Positions 41,427 to 51,971 of a stretch of DNA of 64,000 nucleotides are shown piece after piece. The DNA comes from Candidatus Levyibacteriota bacterium (lineage in GTDB: Bacteria > Patescibacteriota > Microgenomatia > Levybacterales > UBA12049). Location: contig JBBSGT010000003.1 of NCBI GenBank assembly GCA_038253825.1, positions 463 to 64,462 of the forward strand. Direction: 5' to 3'. Every line of letters begins with the position of its first letter. The stretch's first letter is position 1. The translations under genes and the position numbers were made by a program. The notes under the pieces are model-generated. The model was given only the letters and a program-made list of their open reading frames with translations, was not told where the DNA came from and searched no databases.

Positions 41427-42563
41427 ATGATAATTGGAATTGATGGGAATGAAGCAAATGTGAGAAAACGAGTGGGCATTAGTGAATATGCTTATCAATT
41501 GTTGGTGCAGTTTGTGAGCGAAAAATATCGTGACCGCGGCCTCAAATTTGTTGTCTACTTAAAAGATGAACCGCTTGATCACATGCCGAAAACAAGTAAG
41601 AACTTTGCATATCGCATTGTTAAACCAGGCAAACTATGGACACAATGGCGTTTACCTCTTGATCTGTACTTTCATCGGCCTCGGCCTGATATCTTCTTTA
41701 GCATGACACACTATGCGCCTCGTTTTTCACCTGTGCCTACAGTAGTTTCAATAATGGACGTTGCATACGAGCATTTTCCGGAGCTTTTTAACCAAGCAGA
41801 TTTGTATCAGCTCAAAAATTGGACAAAATACTCAGTACATAATGCTAAACGAGTTTTGACAATTAGTGACTCAAGCAGAGATGATATAATAAAAATATAT
41901 GGTTCATCTCCGGAAAAGGTGAAGACGATTTATCCGGGAATAAAAGAGATTGCATCTCTTGAACCACATGTTTTTGGTATGAATCAGTTACAAGCAAAAT
42001 ACGATATCTCTGATAACTACGTCCTCTTTGTCGGCACGTTACAACCACGCAAAAATATTGCTCGTTTAATCGAAGCATTCGCGAAAGTTAGCCAAGAAAA
42101 ACTGCAAGATAAGCCATTAGACTTAGTAATCATTGGTCGAAAAGGATGGCTTTATGAAGAAATTTTGGCGGCACCGGAGAAGTTTGGTATTTCAGACCGT
42201 GTTAAATTTCTTGAGGGAATCCAAGATGATGAGCTTAATATTTTTTATAAACATGCGCTTTGCTATGTCCTTCCTAGTCTCTATGAAGGATTTGGTTTGC
42301 CCGTTATCGAAGCAATGCAACGTGGTTGTCCGGTTATTACAAGTAACGTTTCCAGTATGCCTGAGGCTGGTGGGGATGCTGCACTCTATGTAGATCCTAA
42401 AAATGTTGATGATATCGTGGAAAAGATTACGTTGCTCGTAACGGATAAGAAGATGAGAGAGGATTTGATTGAAAAAGGGAAAAAACAGGTGAAGAAATTT
42501 AGTTGGAAAAAAGCAGCCAAAGAAACGCTAGAGGTTTTACAAGAAGTCGGAGCTAAAAAATAA
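41427..42563 (+). CDS. GT4 (MtfB-like)
   Basis: IDGNEAN, VGTLQPRKN, YEGFGLPVIEAM. Confidence 0.9.
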   Translation: MIIGIDGNEANVRKRVGISEYAYQLLVQFVSEKYRDRGLKFVVYLKDEPLDHMPKTSKNFAYRIVKPGKLWTQWRLPLDLYFHRPRPDIFFSMTHYAPRFSPVPTVVSIMDVAYEHFPELFNQADLYQLKNWTKYSVHNAKRVLTISDSSRDDIIKIYGSSPEKVKTIYPGIKEIASLEPHVFGMNQLQAKYDISDNYVLFVGTLQPRKNIARLIEAFAKVSQEKLQDKPLDLVIIGRKGWLYEEILAAPEKFGISDRVKFLEGIQDDELNIFYKHALCYVLPSLYEGFGLPVIEAMQRGCPVITSNVSSMPEAGGDAALYVDPKNVDDIVEKITLLVTDKKMREDLIEKGKKQVKKFSWKKAAKETLEVLQEVGAKK

Positions 42564-42576
42564 AAAGGTTAATGTT

Positions 42577-43170
42577 ATGAGAAATTTATTGAATGAGAAA
42601 ATGTCCAAAGAACAATTTATATCCAAAGGGAAAAATAGGGCAGGCACGGTGGGGCTGGAGTTGACTGTATTTCTTTTACATGTCATTGGTTGGTTTCCCT
42701 CGCATCATGTGAGACGCTTTTTTTATCGATTGACCGGAATGCATATTGGTGACGGATCAACTATTCATACCGGTGCAAGATTTTATAACCCTGGACAAAT
42801 TCGAATCGGCAATGATTCAATAATTGGTGAAGGTGTTGTATTGGATGGGCGCGCCTATCTGCGTATCGGTAATCATATAGATATAGCGTCAGAAGTGATG
42901 ATTTACAATTGCCAGCATGATATCCAGAGTGCAGATTTTCATGCAGTTTGTGAAGAAGTTGTGATTGACGATTATGTTTTTATTGGACCACGTGCAATTA
43001 TTTTGCCCGGAGTCACCTTAGGAAGAGGAGCAGTCGTAGCTGCAGGAGCAGTTGTGACAAAAAGTGTCGAACCGTTTGCAATTGTGGGTGGTGTTCCAGC
43101 CAAAGTAATCGGTGAACGGAAAAAAGAAGAACTGCATTATCAATTGGGAAGGGCTGCCTGGTTCAGATAA
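42577..43170 (+). CDS. Hexapeptide-repeat acyltransferase
   Basis: IGNDSIIG, LDGR, DYVFIGPRAIILPGV, VGGVPAK. Confidence 0.85.
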   Translation: MRNLLNEKMSKEQFISKGKNRAGTVGLELTVFLLHVIGWFPSHHVRRFFYRLTGMHIGDGSTIHTGARFYNPGQIRIGNDSIIGEGVVLDGRAYLRIGNHIDIASEVMIYNCQHDIQSADFHAVCEEVVIDDYVFIGPRAIILPGVTLGRGAVVAAGAVVTKSVEPFAIVGGVPAKVIGERKKEELHYQLGRAAWFR

Positions 43171-43235
43171 AGCTAAAAGTATAAAACGGAAAACAGGTAT
43201 TTTTTTAGCTTTTAGTTTATCTTCTAGCTTTTATT
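43169..43235. repeat. Intergenic palindrome built of 7-nt repeat arms
   Basis: aaagctaaaa (43169-43178) pairs with ttttagcttt (43203-43212); further degenerate TTTTAGC units follow. Confidence 0.55.
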
Positions 43236-44117
43236 ATGTTGCTTTCTATTATTCTCTTAAATTTTAATAAATCTCATTTAACAATTGCGTGTATGCAATC
43301 ATTGTATGAACACTTTAGGAATGAATTTAGCGATAATCTATTAGAAATTATTTTGGTAGATAATGCTTCAGGTGATGGATCGGTTCAGGAGTTAAAGAGT
43401 GCGATAAAACAGAACGACTACAAAAATTGTCTGTTAATCGAAAATAAGACCAATGATGGATTTAGTAAAGGTGTTAATAAAGGAGCTGAGGAGGCAAAAG
43501 GGGAATACTATCTCTTTTTAAACAACGACACGATTGTAAAAGATCGGGGAATTTGGGATATGATGCAGTATATGCAGTCTCACAGTGAAGTGTCGATTCT
43601 TGGAGGCAAACTGAGTAATGTAGATGGTTCGGACCAACCATCGGTTGGAAAGTTTTATATGCCGACACAAGTGACACTTCTTATGTTAGGTTTGCAAAAA
43701 TATGACATCATTGATAAAAATCCCGAAAAAATTGCAGAAGTGGATTGGGTTAAAGGGGGGTTACTAATGATCAGAAATGCCGTATTCAAAAAGCTGCATG
43801 GATTTGATGAAAAAATCTTTATGTATACAGAGGATATGGAATTATGTTATCGCGCCAAGCTAAACGGCTACAAAACCTTCTTTTATCCTTCTGTGCATGT
43901 TCTCCATGAAGAAACAGGAAGCTCAAATCGCGCTTTTGCCATTGTAAATATCTATGCAAATCTATTATACTTCTATAAGAAGCACCGCACGCACGGTGAG
44001 TATCTTTATTTACAATCGCTTCTGCGTATAAAAGCAGTTGCATTAATAGGAATTGGACGACTGCTCCGCAATTCCTACTTAGTCCAAACTTATGAAAAAG
44101 CTTTTAAAGTTACTTGA
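43236..44117 (+). CDS. GT2 (WbbL-like)
   Basis: VDNASGD, GFSKGVN, FLNNDT, VDWVKG, GFDEKIFMYTED. Confidence 0.88.
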   Translation: MLLSIILLNFNKSHLTIACMQSLYEHFRNEFSDNLLEIILVDNASGDGSVQELKSAIKQNDYKNCLLIENKTNDGFSKGVNKGAEEAKGEYYLFLNNDTIVKDRGIWDMMQYMQSHSEVSILGGKLSNVDGSDQPSVGKFYMPTQVTLLMLGLQKYDIIDKNPEKIAEVDWVKGGLLMIRNAVFKKLHGFDEKIFMYTEDMELCYRAKLNGYKTFFYPSVHVLHEETGSSNRAFAIVNIYANLLYFYKKHRTHGEYLYLQSLLRIKAVALIGIGRLLRNSYLVQTYEKAFKVT

Positions 44118-47100
44118 TGATAACTTGCTGCGATTTGGAGTAGCATTTGCTATTTTATTTACCGCGCTCTACCCAAAACTCCCAAGCGTCCATGTCCCAC
44201 ACACATGGGTGTATGTCAGATTGGAAGATTTTCTTATTTTATTCTTAGTATTTATTTGCTTAATCCAATTACTCAGAAGAAAAATCGCCTTGCCGAGACC
44301 CGAAGGATACGCGCTTGTGATCTATTGGATTGTCGGGGCGATTTCTCTTGTCTATTGTATAGCTTTCGTCATCCCTGGTTTACCTATTGAATTTTTCCCA
44401 AGTATAGCCTGGCTCGAGTTCTTGCGGAGAATAGAGTATATGATTTTGTTCTTCGTGGCATTTTCTACTGTCCGTAATCAAAGAGATGTGAGGTTTTATC
44501 TCACAACGCTTGCTATTACACTCTCTTTGATTATCTGTTACGGATTCGGACAGAAGTTCTATCCGCTAATTTGGAATTTCTTTCCAGAGTTTTTTAAACA
44601 TCACCAATTTTGTTTCCCGGCTTTCCTAACAGGAAATGAAGAGTTTGCAAAGGGGACGCCTTTATGTCTTGATTCGTTGTCACGTATTAGTTCTACCTTT
44701 GGGGGACATTATGATTTGGCAGCATATTTAGTTCTTGTTATACCTATTTTTATTGCGCTTTTTATTGTTGTCAGACGTTGGTATATCAAGATTCCATTTG
44801 CCATTCTTGTCGTTTTGGGACTAGAATTGCTTAATTTCACATCATCACGAACTTCTTTTGCAGCATATGTTTTGGGTGCTATCAGTATGTTGATTCTTTG
44901 GAAAAAGAAACTATGGATTATTCCTGTTTTGCTTGCTAGTATCGGTATTCTCTTTTTCCTAAGTAATGCTACCTTGCAGCGTTTCGCGAAGACGATTCAA
45001 CCGGTACAGGTTGTTCAAATACAACCGGGTTCTACCACTTCTGATCAGGATATTCAAAAGATTATAAGTACGACACAACAGAAAAATGCCAATAAAAAGC
45101 CTCAGACACCCGCCCCTGGTACTGTGACGATTGGAAATGACAGTAGTTTAGCAAGCGGCAGTAGTCAAGTTCTTACTGCTGAAGATTTAGCGTCATTACA
45201 GGCAAATGGCAGCATCTCAACTGTGTCCGGTTCATTCTTGTTGAAAAAAGCATATGCGCTTGATATTTCTTCTACTACGCGTTTTCAAGCAGAATGGCCA
45301 CGAGACTGGAATGCCTTCTTGTACAGTCCAGTTTTCGGAACAGGCTATTCTTCTTTAACGCTTGCATCCGATAATGATTATCTCCGCGCCTTGGGAGAAA
45401 CAGGGCTTGCAGGATTCCTAGCATTCCTTTTTATATTCGTAATATTTGGCATCTTTCTCAAAGAGGTTGCACATTCTGTTGAAGATCGAGTTACGCAAGC
45501 CTTCTTGTTTGGACTGGCTGGAGGCGTTATCGGTCTTTTAATTAATGCAGTATTGATTGATGTCTTTGAAGCCTCAAAAGTTGCGGAACCACTGTGGATT
45601 CTTTTGGGTATTGCTTTGGGAGCAGCGAAACTTTATCACAAAAAAGCAATTAATTATAAAAAAGAGCTTCTCATATTTTTAACCTCCAATACCTTGATTA
45701 TCATATATTTATTTGTTCTTGTATTTACCATTTTTGGTTCGTCAATCAATAACTTCTTCGTAGCTGATGACTATAGTTGGCTAAAATGGGCTGCAACGGC
45801 GGTACCGTCGGATCTTATGAAATACTTTGTATATTTGCCGGACTTTTTCTATCGACCTCTGGATAAAATCATTGTTTATTTCCTCTATACGATTTTCTCC
45901 TTCCTTCCACAGGGATACCACATTTTCATTTTGTTGCTTCACTTTGTGACAAGTGTTGGTGTCTTTTTCTTAGCTAAAAAAATATCGCGAAGTAAATTAA
46001 TCGGTACTCTGACAGCTGTCTTATTTGTACTCCTTCCTGCACATACGGAAAATGTATTTTGGTTCTCAACAATTTCTGTTGAGCTGGGGGCATTATTTAT
46101 TATCTTTATGATGCTTACTTACATTAAATTCAGAGAAAATAATTCAATAGTCGGCTATATCCTGGCAATTCTTTTTGCGGCACTTGCATTCGTCACTTAT
46201 GAAATTGCCGTAATCACCCCATTAATACTCATGACACTCGATATCTTTATTCTCAAACCAAAAAGAAATATTCGCATTGTATACTCCTACATTCCTTTTG
46301 TGATTTTACTCGTTTTATATTTCGTTATGCGATTTGTTTCGCATGCTTTTTCAGGTGGTGGCGACTACAGTTATCATCTCAGTCGATTTATCCCAAACAT
46401 GATCGGAAACTTCTTGGGCTATACAGGTATGTATCTTGGTGGACCATCCTTTTTGTCTTTCTATAATACAGTTCGTGATAGTTTACGCTCAGACTGGATT
46501 TTCGTTTCCTTTGTTATTCTTGTCATTATTGGATTACTCATGTGGGCTATCTATACATACCGAAGGTCAGCAAAGGCAATGATCCATAATAAGGATATAC
46601 ACATTATTTTATTTTGCATAGTCTTTGCATTTATTTCCTTATTGCCGTTCTTACCACTGGGTAATATTGCACCGAGGTATTTGTATTTAGCTTCTGCTGG
46701 ATACACATTGGCGTTGGTTTCTATTTTAAAATTACTCTTCATACATTGGTTAAAACAACCAAAATATGTGACGAGTTTGTTGATTGTTGTTACCATTGGT
46801 TTGTCGTTTATCTCTATTGTGAATTTGCGTCAAGAACAAAACAAGTGGGAAAATGCCGGTTACATAACGCAAAACACCCTCCTCTTTTTTAGAAAAAATT
46901 ACGCAGGTTTAGGACAAGAGACTAATCTCTATTTTGTTAATACACCTGTGCAGGAAAACGGTGTGTGGGTATTTCCTGTTGGGCTTAATGACGGGTTGTG
47001 GATTATTTATCGAGATAAATTACCCCATGTTGTACAAGTGAATTCTCTTGAGGATGCGATGACGGCTGCAAATAGTGGTAATACAGATAATAACTATATC

Positions 47101-47142
47101 TTTGATTTTGATAAAAATGGGAGTATTCAGCAGGTTAGGTAA
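44092..47142 (+). CDS. O-antigen ligase/Wzy-like protein fused to a second GT-C domain
   Basis: N-half: RISSTFGG, TSSRTS, PVFGTG, DNDYLRALGETG. C-half: ADDY, FYRPL, YH..LLLH, PAHTENVFW, TYE, RYLY. Confidence 0.7.
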   Translation: MKKLLKLLDDNLLRFGVAFAILFTALYPKLPSVHVPHTWVYVRLEDFLILFLVFICLIQLLRRKIALPRPEGYALVIYWIVGAISLVYCIAFVIPGLPIEFFPSIAWLEFLRRIEYMILFFVAFSTVRNQRDVRFYLTTLAITLSLIICYGFGQKFYPLIWNFFPEFFKHHQFCFPAFLTGNEEFAKGTPLCLDSLSRISSTFGGHYDLAAYLVLVIPIFIALFIVVRRWYIKIPFAILVVLGLELLNFTSSRTSFAAYVLGAISMLILWKKKLWIIPVLLASIGILFFLSNATLQRFAKTIQPVQVVQIQPGSTTSDQDIQKIISTTQQKNANKKPQTPAPGTVTIGNDSSLASGSSQVLTAEDLASLQANGSISTVSGSFLLKKAYALDISSTTRFQAEWPRDWNAFLYSPVFGTGYSSLTLASDNDYLRALGETGLAGFLAFLFIFVIFGIFLKEVAHSVEDRVTQAFLFGLAGGVIGLLINAVLIDVFEASKVAEPLWILLGIALGAAKLYHKKAINYKKELLIFLTSNTLIIIYLFVLVFTIFGSSINNFFVADDYSWLKWAATAVPSDLMKYFVYLPDFFYRPLDKIIVYFLYTIFSFLPQGYHIFILLLHFVTSVGVFFLAKKISRSKLIGTLTAVLFVLLPAHTENVFWFSTISVELGALFIIFMMLTYIKFRENNSIVGYILAILFAALAFVTYEIAVITPLILMTLDIFILKPKRNIRIVYSYIPFVILLVLYFVMRFVSHAFSGGGDYSYHLSRFIPNMIGNFLGYTGMYLGGPSFLSFYNTVRDSLRSDWIFVSFVILVIIGLLMWAIYTYRRSAKAMIHNKDIHIILFCIVFAFISLLPFLPLGNIAPRYLYLASAGYTLALVSILKLLFIHWLKQPKYVTSLLIVVTIGLSFISIVNLRQEQNKWENAGYITQNTLLFFRKNYAGLGQETNLYFVNTPVQENGVWVFPVGLNDGLWIIYRDKLPHVVQVNSLEDAMTAANSGNTDNNYIFDFDKNGSIQQVR

Positions 47143-47166
47143 CTTATTTGCTATAATAGTAAAATC

Positions 47167-48660
47167 ATGCATGAGTTTATAAAAAAAGTAGCGAAATACA
47201 AACTACTCTTTCAAATCGCAATTATAGCTTTGTTTTTTGTTGGTGGTGCTGCACTTCGCTTTCATGCCTTCAATAATCCGATTGCTGATTGGCATAGTTG
47301 GCGGCAAGCAGATACAGCAGCAGTTACCCGTAATTTCGTGAAAGACGGGTTTAATCCACTTTTTCCCCAGTTTGATTCATTCCATGCCCTCAACGATGCG
47401 CAACTTCCTGATCCAAACCGATATTTCTTTGCAGAATTCCCAATATATAACATCATTACCTATTATGGCTATACGATTTTTGGTCATTTTACTATTGAAG
47501 AGTGGGGAAGACTCGTCAGCATTTTCTTTTCTTCTCTTGGAATAGTTTTTCTTTATCTTTTGGTCAAACAGTACTCTTCCGAAAAAGTTGCATTGGTTGC
47601 AGCATTTGTCTTTGCGTTTCTTCCATATAACGTCTATTACGGGAGAGTTACCATGCCTGATCCGATGCATATTACATTTTCAATTCTTTCTCTTTATCTC
47701 ATAACGCTTTGGATAAGGACAAGTAAATGGTGGTGGGCAATTCTTGCAGGCGCTGCTTATGCCATTACGATTTTGACAAAACCATATGGCTTAGTCCTTC
47801 TTTTGCCCATTGCTTATCTTATGCTACGAAAATGGAAACATCGGCTTTTCCTTCGTCCAGAATTGTATCTTTTTGCAATTATTGGTTTCGTACCTTATCT
47901 CTTATGGAAACATCATATAGATATGTATCCGCAAGGTCAGTTTGGTACAGCATGGCTTTTTAATCAAGGCAATATTCGTTTCACCGGTGCCTACTTCCAC
48001 TGGCTCATTTACGATCGTATGAATCGGCTCATCTTTGCCACGGGAGGCTTTGTACTTTTTTGGCTGGGTATTATCAAAGGCAATAATGAACGCGAGGGAT
48101 TATTCTATTATAGTTGGTTGGCTGCTGTCCTTATCTTTTTTGTCGTGATCGCCAAAGGGAATGTGACACATGATTATTATCAGATGCCAATCGTTCCTAT
48201 TGGTGCAATCCTCATCGGTAAAGGAATTGAATTTCTCCTCGAGTACGGACTGCGTTGGTATCATCGCGTGATCAATGTTGGTGTGGCGCTTGCCTTGCTT
48301 TTATTGATGTTGGCGTTTGGGTGGTTTGAAGTGCGTGGTTATTACAACATCAATCATCCCGAGATAGTAGAGGCAGGTCAAGCAGTAGATAAAATGTTGC
48401 CAAAAGATGCGAAAGTCATTGCACCATATGATAATGATTCGTCATTTTTATATCTGACTAACCGCCACGGATGGCCGATCGGTGGGACAGATATCCCGAA
48501 ATGGATTCATGATGGTGCACAATACCTCGTTTCAGTTAACTACGATGATACGACTAACTATTGGCTAAAAAAATGCTCAGTTGTCACAAAAAATCCAAAA
48601 TTTGTTATTATTAATTTAACAAAATGCAAAGGTCCAATTGAAAATCCACCACAAAAATGA
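47167..48660 (+). CDS. GT39/PMT_2-like membrane glycosyltransferase
   Basis: HSWRQADTAAVTRNF, EFPIYN, GRLVS, MPD, TKP, HDYYQ. Confidence 0.75.
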   Translation: MHEFIKKVAKYKLLFQIAIIALFFVGGAALRFHAFNNPIADWHSWRQADTAAVTRNFVKDGFNPLFPQFDSFHALNDAQLPDPNRYFFAEFPIYNIITYYGYTIFGHFTIEEWGRLVSIFFSSLGIVFLYLLVKQYSSEKVALVAAFVFAFLPYNVYYGRVTMPDPMHITFSILSLYLITLWIRTSKWWWAILAGAAYAITILTKPYGLVLLLPIAYLMLRKWKHRLFLRPELYLFAIIGFVPYLLWKHHIDMYPQGQFGTAWLFNQGNIRFTGAYFHWLIYDRMNRLIFATGGFVLFWLGIIKGNNEREGLFYYSWLAAVLIFFVVIAKGNVTHDYYQMPIVPIGAILIGKGIEFLLEYGLRWYHRVINVGVALALLLLMLAFGWFEVRGYYNINHPEIVEAGQAVDKMLPKDAKVIAPYDNDSSFLYLTNRHGWPIGGTDIPKWIHDGAQYLVSVNYDDTTNYWLKKCSVVTKNPKFVIINLTKCKGPIENPPQK

Positions 48661-49598
48661 AAAAGCTTATTACGATTGGTAACATTTATCTAGATAATAA
48701 TATCTTCAAGGTTGATACCGGAGGACAAAAAGCTCTTACTGTAGGCAAAGAATATTTTGCAGAAAAAAGTGAAAAAGTGCTAGGAGGATCAGCGGTAAAT
48801 TTTGCGATGCAAGCTCAAAACCTAGGATTATCGACAGCTTTTTTAGGAAGAGTTGGCGATGATGAGGAAGGGCAGGAAATAAAAAATTTGTTACAAGAAA
48901 AGCATATCAGTGCTGATTTAGTCACAACAGCTCCCGAAGATCAAACAAGTATTGCCTTTAATGTCGTACTTACCGATGGAGAGTTTGTAAGTTTTCATTG
49001 GGGCAATGCAAGTCGCCATTTAGATGCAGACCAGATAGACCTAGCCCATCCTCTTTTTAATCAAACAGATGCAGTCTATTTCGGTGGAACTGCAAAACAA
49101 GAAAAAGTGTTAGACAAATTTCCTATACTTTTCCATGAACTCCATAAAAAAGGGATAAAAATCATTATTGACCCCAATCGTTTTCCTGTCAATGAACAGA
49201 ATATAAAAAGAGAAATGCTGTTAGAGTCATTTCAATATGTTGATTGTTATTTGCCCAATGAGGAGGAAATAAAACAAGTTGCGCAAGAGGAAAACTTGGA
49301 CACAGCACTAGAGAAAGTAATCAATAAAGGCACGAAATTAATTGTCGTAAAGATGGGTGCGAAAGGCTGTCGAATAAAATCAAGCACTGAAGATATAATC
49401 ATCCCAGGGTTTACTGTTATACCCATAACAACAGTAGGGGCTGGAGACACGTTCAATGCTGGATTCGTTTCCCAATATTTAGTTAGTAAATCGCTTGAGG
49501 AATGTGCTCGATTTGCCAATGCATGTGCTGCAATCAAAGTAAGTGAAAATAAATTTGCTGAGTTACCTGAAGTAGAAAAGTTTTTAGTAACTCATTAA
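48657..49598 (+). CDS. PfkB-family carbohydrate kinase
   Basis: GGSAVN, GRVGDD.EG, PNEEE, VKMGAKG, TTVGAGDTFNAG. Confidence 0.9.
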   Translation: MKKLITIGNIYLDNNIFKVDTGGQKALTVGKEYFAEKSEKVLGGSAVNFAMQAQNLGLSTAFLGRVGDDEEGQEIKNLLQEKHISADLVTTAPEDQTSIAFNVVLTDGEFVSFHWGNASRHLDADQIDLAHPLFNQTDAVYFGGTAKQEKVLDKFPILFHELHKKGIKIIIDPNRFPVNEQNIKREMLLESFQYVDCYLPNEEEIKQVAQEENLDTALEKVINKGTKLIVVKMGAKGCRIKSSTEDIIIPGFTVIPITTVGAGDTFNAGFVSQYLVSKSLEECARFANACAAIKVSENKFAELPEVEKFLVTH

Positions 49599-49643
49599 AT
49601 ACCAAACCTGGACAGGTATGTGAGAAAGCTATATACTTTAGAT

Positions 49644-50897
49644 GTGAAAATATTAGTCGTTTCATCTTATCTTCCTTACCCCCTTTTTTCTGGTGGTCAA
49701 GTCAGACTCTATAATCTGCTGAAAGAATTGTCGGCTCGGCATGAAATAACACTGGTTTGTGAAATGCGTTCGCACCAATCAAAGGAAGATATCAAAGAGC
49801 TTGAAAAGATATGCAAACATGTAATTACTGTTCCAAGAAAGAAGCAATGGAGTATGAGTAACGTCGTAAAATCCGCATCTTCCCATAATTCCTTTCTTTC
49901 AACCGGTCACACGCTTTCGGAAATGAAAAAGAAATTGGCAGAGATTATGGCACAGGAAAAATTTGATGTCATTCATGTTGAAACATTTTATGTAATGCAA
50001 AATCTGCCCCAAACGTCTCTCCCCATAGTCTTGGTGGAACACAATATCGAATATACAGTTTACGAAAAATTTAGAAATCGCGCTCCGGCTCCATTCCGTT
50101 CACTTTTGGCGATGGATATTAGAAAGATAAAAGCTGAAGAAGAAATGTTTTGGCATGAAGCAAGCGCTTTGGTGGCGGTCTCAAATGAAGACAAACGGGT
50201 AATGGAAAAAGAGGGAAGACATCCATTTCTGGTTTCCAATGGTGTCAATACCGATCAGTTTTTTTACAAAAATATAAAGAAGAGTTTTGCGCAAAAAGAA
50301 AAAAGGATTCTTTTTATAGGAGATTTTACGTGGATTCAAAATCAGGATACGGTGAAGTTTATTATTAATGAGGTTTGGCCGCAGATTAAGAAACAACTTC
50401 AAAATGTCATTCCAAACGAAGTGAAGAATCCCACAGGAGCTAAGAGATCCTTGGCTAATGCTCAGGATGACATTAAATTGTGGATTGTCGGGCGGAATAT
50501 TCCTGATTCGATTAGAGGTTTGAGTAATGATCACGATGTACTGTTTGATCAAGAAAGCTCTGCCAAACCAACGGAGAAGATTTTTCAGGAGGCAGCGGTT
50601 TTGCTCGCACCGATTCGGGTTGGTGGAGGAACTAGTTATAAAATTCTTGAATCAATGTCTTGTGGTACACCTGTGGTGACTATGAATCTCAGTGCAAATG
50701 CTCTGGAAGCTAACGATCAACAGGATATTATGGTTGGTGGTACTCCTGAAGAATTGGCCAGTAAAACACTGGATTTACTCATAAACGAAAGTATTTATAA
50801 AAAAATTAGTAAAAACGGACGAACACTCATCGAAAACAATTATACATGGAAAGAAATTGCTAAAAAATTAGAAGCAGTATATGAAAGTGTCAAATAA
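49644..50897 (+). CDS. GT4 glycosyltransferase carrying an in-frame palindromic insert
   Basis: PYPLFSGG, EHNIE, NGV, GGGTSYKILESM; GTG start 6 nt after TATACT 49632-49637. Confidence 0.85.
   Translation: MKILVVSSYLPYPLFSGGQVRLYNLLKELSARHEITLVCEMRSHQSKEDIKELEKICKHVITVPRKKQWSMSNVVKSASSHNSFLSTGHTLSEMKKKLAEIMAQEKFDVIHVETFYVMQNLPQTSLPIVLVEHNIEYTVYEKFRNRAPAPFRSLLAMDIRKIKAEEEMFWHEASALVAVSNEDKRVMEKEGRHPFLVSNGVNTDQFFYKNIKKSFAQKEKRILFIGDFTWIQNQDTVKFIINEVWPQIKKQLQNVIPNEVKNPTGAKRSLANAQDDIKLWIVGRNIPDSIRGLSNDHDVLFDQESSAKPTEKIFQEAAVLLAPIRVGGGTSYKILESMSCGTPVVTMNLSANALEANDQQDIMVGGTPEELASKTLDLLINESIYKKISKNGRTLIENNYTWKEIAKKLEAVYESVK
50403..50474. mobile_element. REP/RPE-like palindromic element inside a CDS
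   Basis: aatgtcat...atgacatt terminal inverted repeat; internal gaagtgaagaatc / gagatcctt...gctcaggatgac. Confidence 0.7.
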
Positions 50898-50950
50898 GTT
50901 ATCATTCGAAAGGAATTTGAGATCATATCACTTCGCTTCAGGATGACAAC
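50898..50950. repeat. Degenerate intergenic copy of the REP-like element
   Basis: gttatcatt...gagatc..tcacttcgcttcaggatgacaac. Confidence 0.6.
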
Positions 50951-50955
50951 TCTTT

Positions 50956-51876
50956 ATGAACCAAGCAACTTTATCAATCGTTATTGTTAATTACAATACA
51001 AAAAAACTTACCCTGGAATCGATCGAGTCGATTGAAAAAAACTATCCGGCGGAAGTTGGTTCTGGAGAGTATGAAGTTATCGTTACGGATAATGCATCTC
51101 CTGACGGCTCGTATGAAGCCTTCAAAGCATATGCCACGAAAACCAAAATCAAGTCGTTTCACGCAATTGATAACGGTGGCAATATTGGCTTTGCGGCCGG
51201 GAACAATAAAGGAATTTCCTATACAACTGGCAGGTATATTCTTTTTCTTAATCCTGATACAGTTGTGTATCCAAAAACACTGACTCGTTTGGTAGATTTT
51301 ATGGGAGATCATCCGAGAGCTGGTGCTGTCACTTGTAAAGTTGCAATTCCGAGTGGAGGAATTGATGAAGCTTCACATCGCGGTTTTCCGACGCCTTGGA
51401 ATGGGTTTACACATTTTTCTCGTTTGGAACGCGTTTTTCCGAAAAGTCATGTGTTTGCAGGCTATACACAAGGATGGAAAGATCTTGACACGGTACATAC
51501 AGTTGATGCTATCGTGGGGGCTTTTATGATGGTCAGGCGCGAAGTAGGAGAGCTGGTCGGTTGGTGGGATGAAGATTACTTTTTTTACGGTGAGGATTTG
51601 CAGTTTTGTTACAACATAAAGAAAAAAGGATATGAAATTTATTATATTCCTGATGTGAGCATTTTGCATTATGGCGGGGTTTCAAGCGGTCTCAAGAAGC
51701 AATCGCATACGATTACGACTGCGGATATTGAACGAAAGAATATTATGCAGGGGCATCGATTTGATGCCATGCGGATTTTCTTCAAAAAGAATTATCAAGA
51801 CACTTATCCCAAAACAGTCCATTGGCTTGTTCACAAAGGCATCAATTTCCTCCACAAAAGAAATATAAAACAGTAA
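50956..51876 (+). CDS. GT2 (WbbL rhamnosyltransferase-like)
   Basis: IVNYN, DNASPD, GFAAGNN, LNPDT, DEDYFFYGED. Confidence 0.88.
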   Translation: MNQATLSIVIVNYNTKKLTLESIESIEKNYPAEVGSGEYEVIVTDNASPDGSYEAFKAYATKTKIKSFHAIDNGGNIGFAAGNNKGISYTTGRYILFLNPDTVVYPKTLTRLVDFMGDHPRAGAVTCKVAIPSGGIDEASHRGFPTPWNGFTHFSRLERVFPKSHVFAGYTQGWKDLDTVHTVDAIVGAFMMVRREVGELVGWWDEDYFFYGEDLQFCYNIKKKGYEIYYIPDVSILHYGGVSSGLKKQSHTITTADIERKNIMQGHRFDAMRIFFKKNYQDTYPKTVHWLVHKGINFLHKRNIKQ

Positions 51877-51942
51877 ATACACACAATATCTCATAATAAG
51901 AAATATTCTATGTAGAATTCTTCTAAATATTGACCCATAGTA

Positions 51943-51971
51943 TTGAAAAAGTTGACATTTTATGGTATAAT
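51943..51971 (+). promoter_or_regulatory. Strong sigma70 promoter for a long-leader transcript
   Basis: TTGAAA (51943-51948), 17 nt spacer, TATAAT (51966-51971) with upstream TG. Confidence 0.7.
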
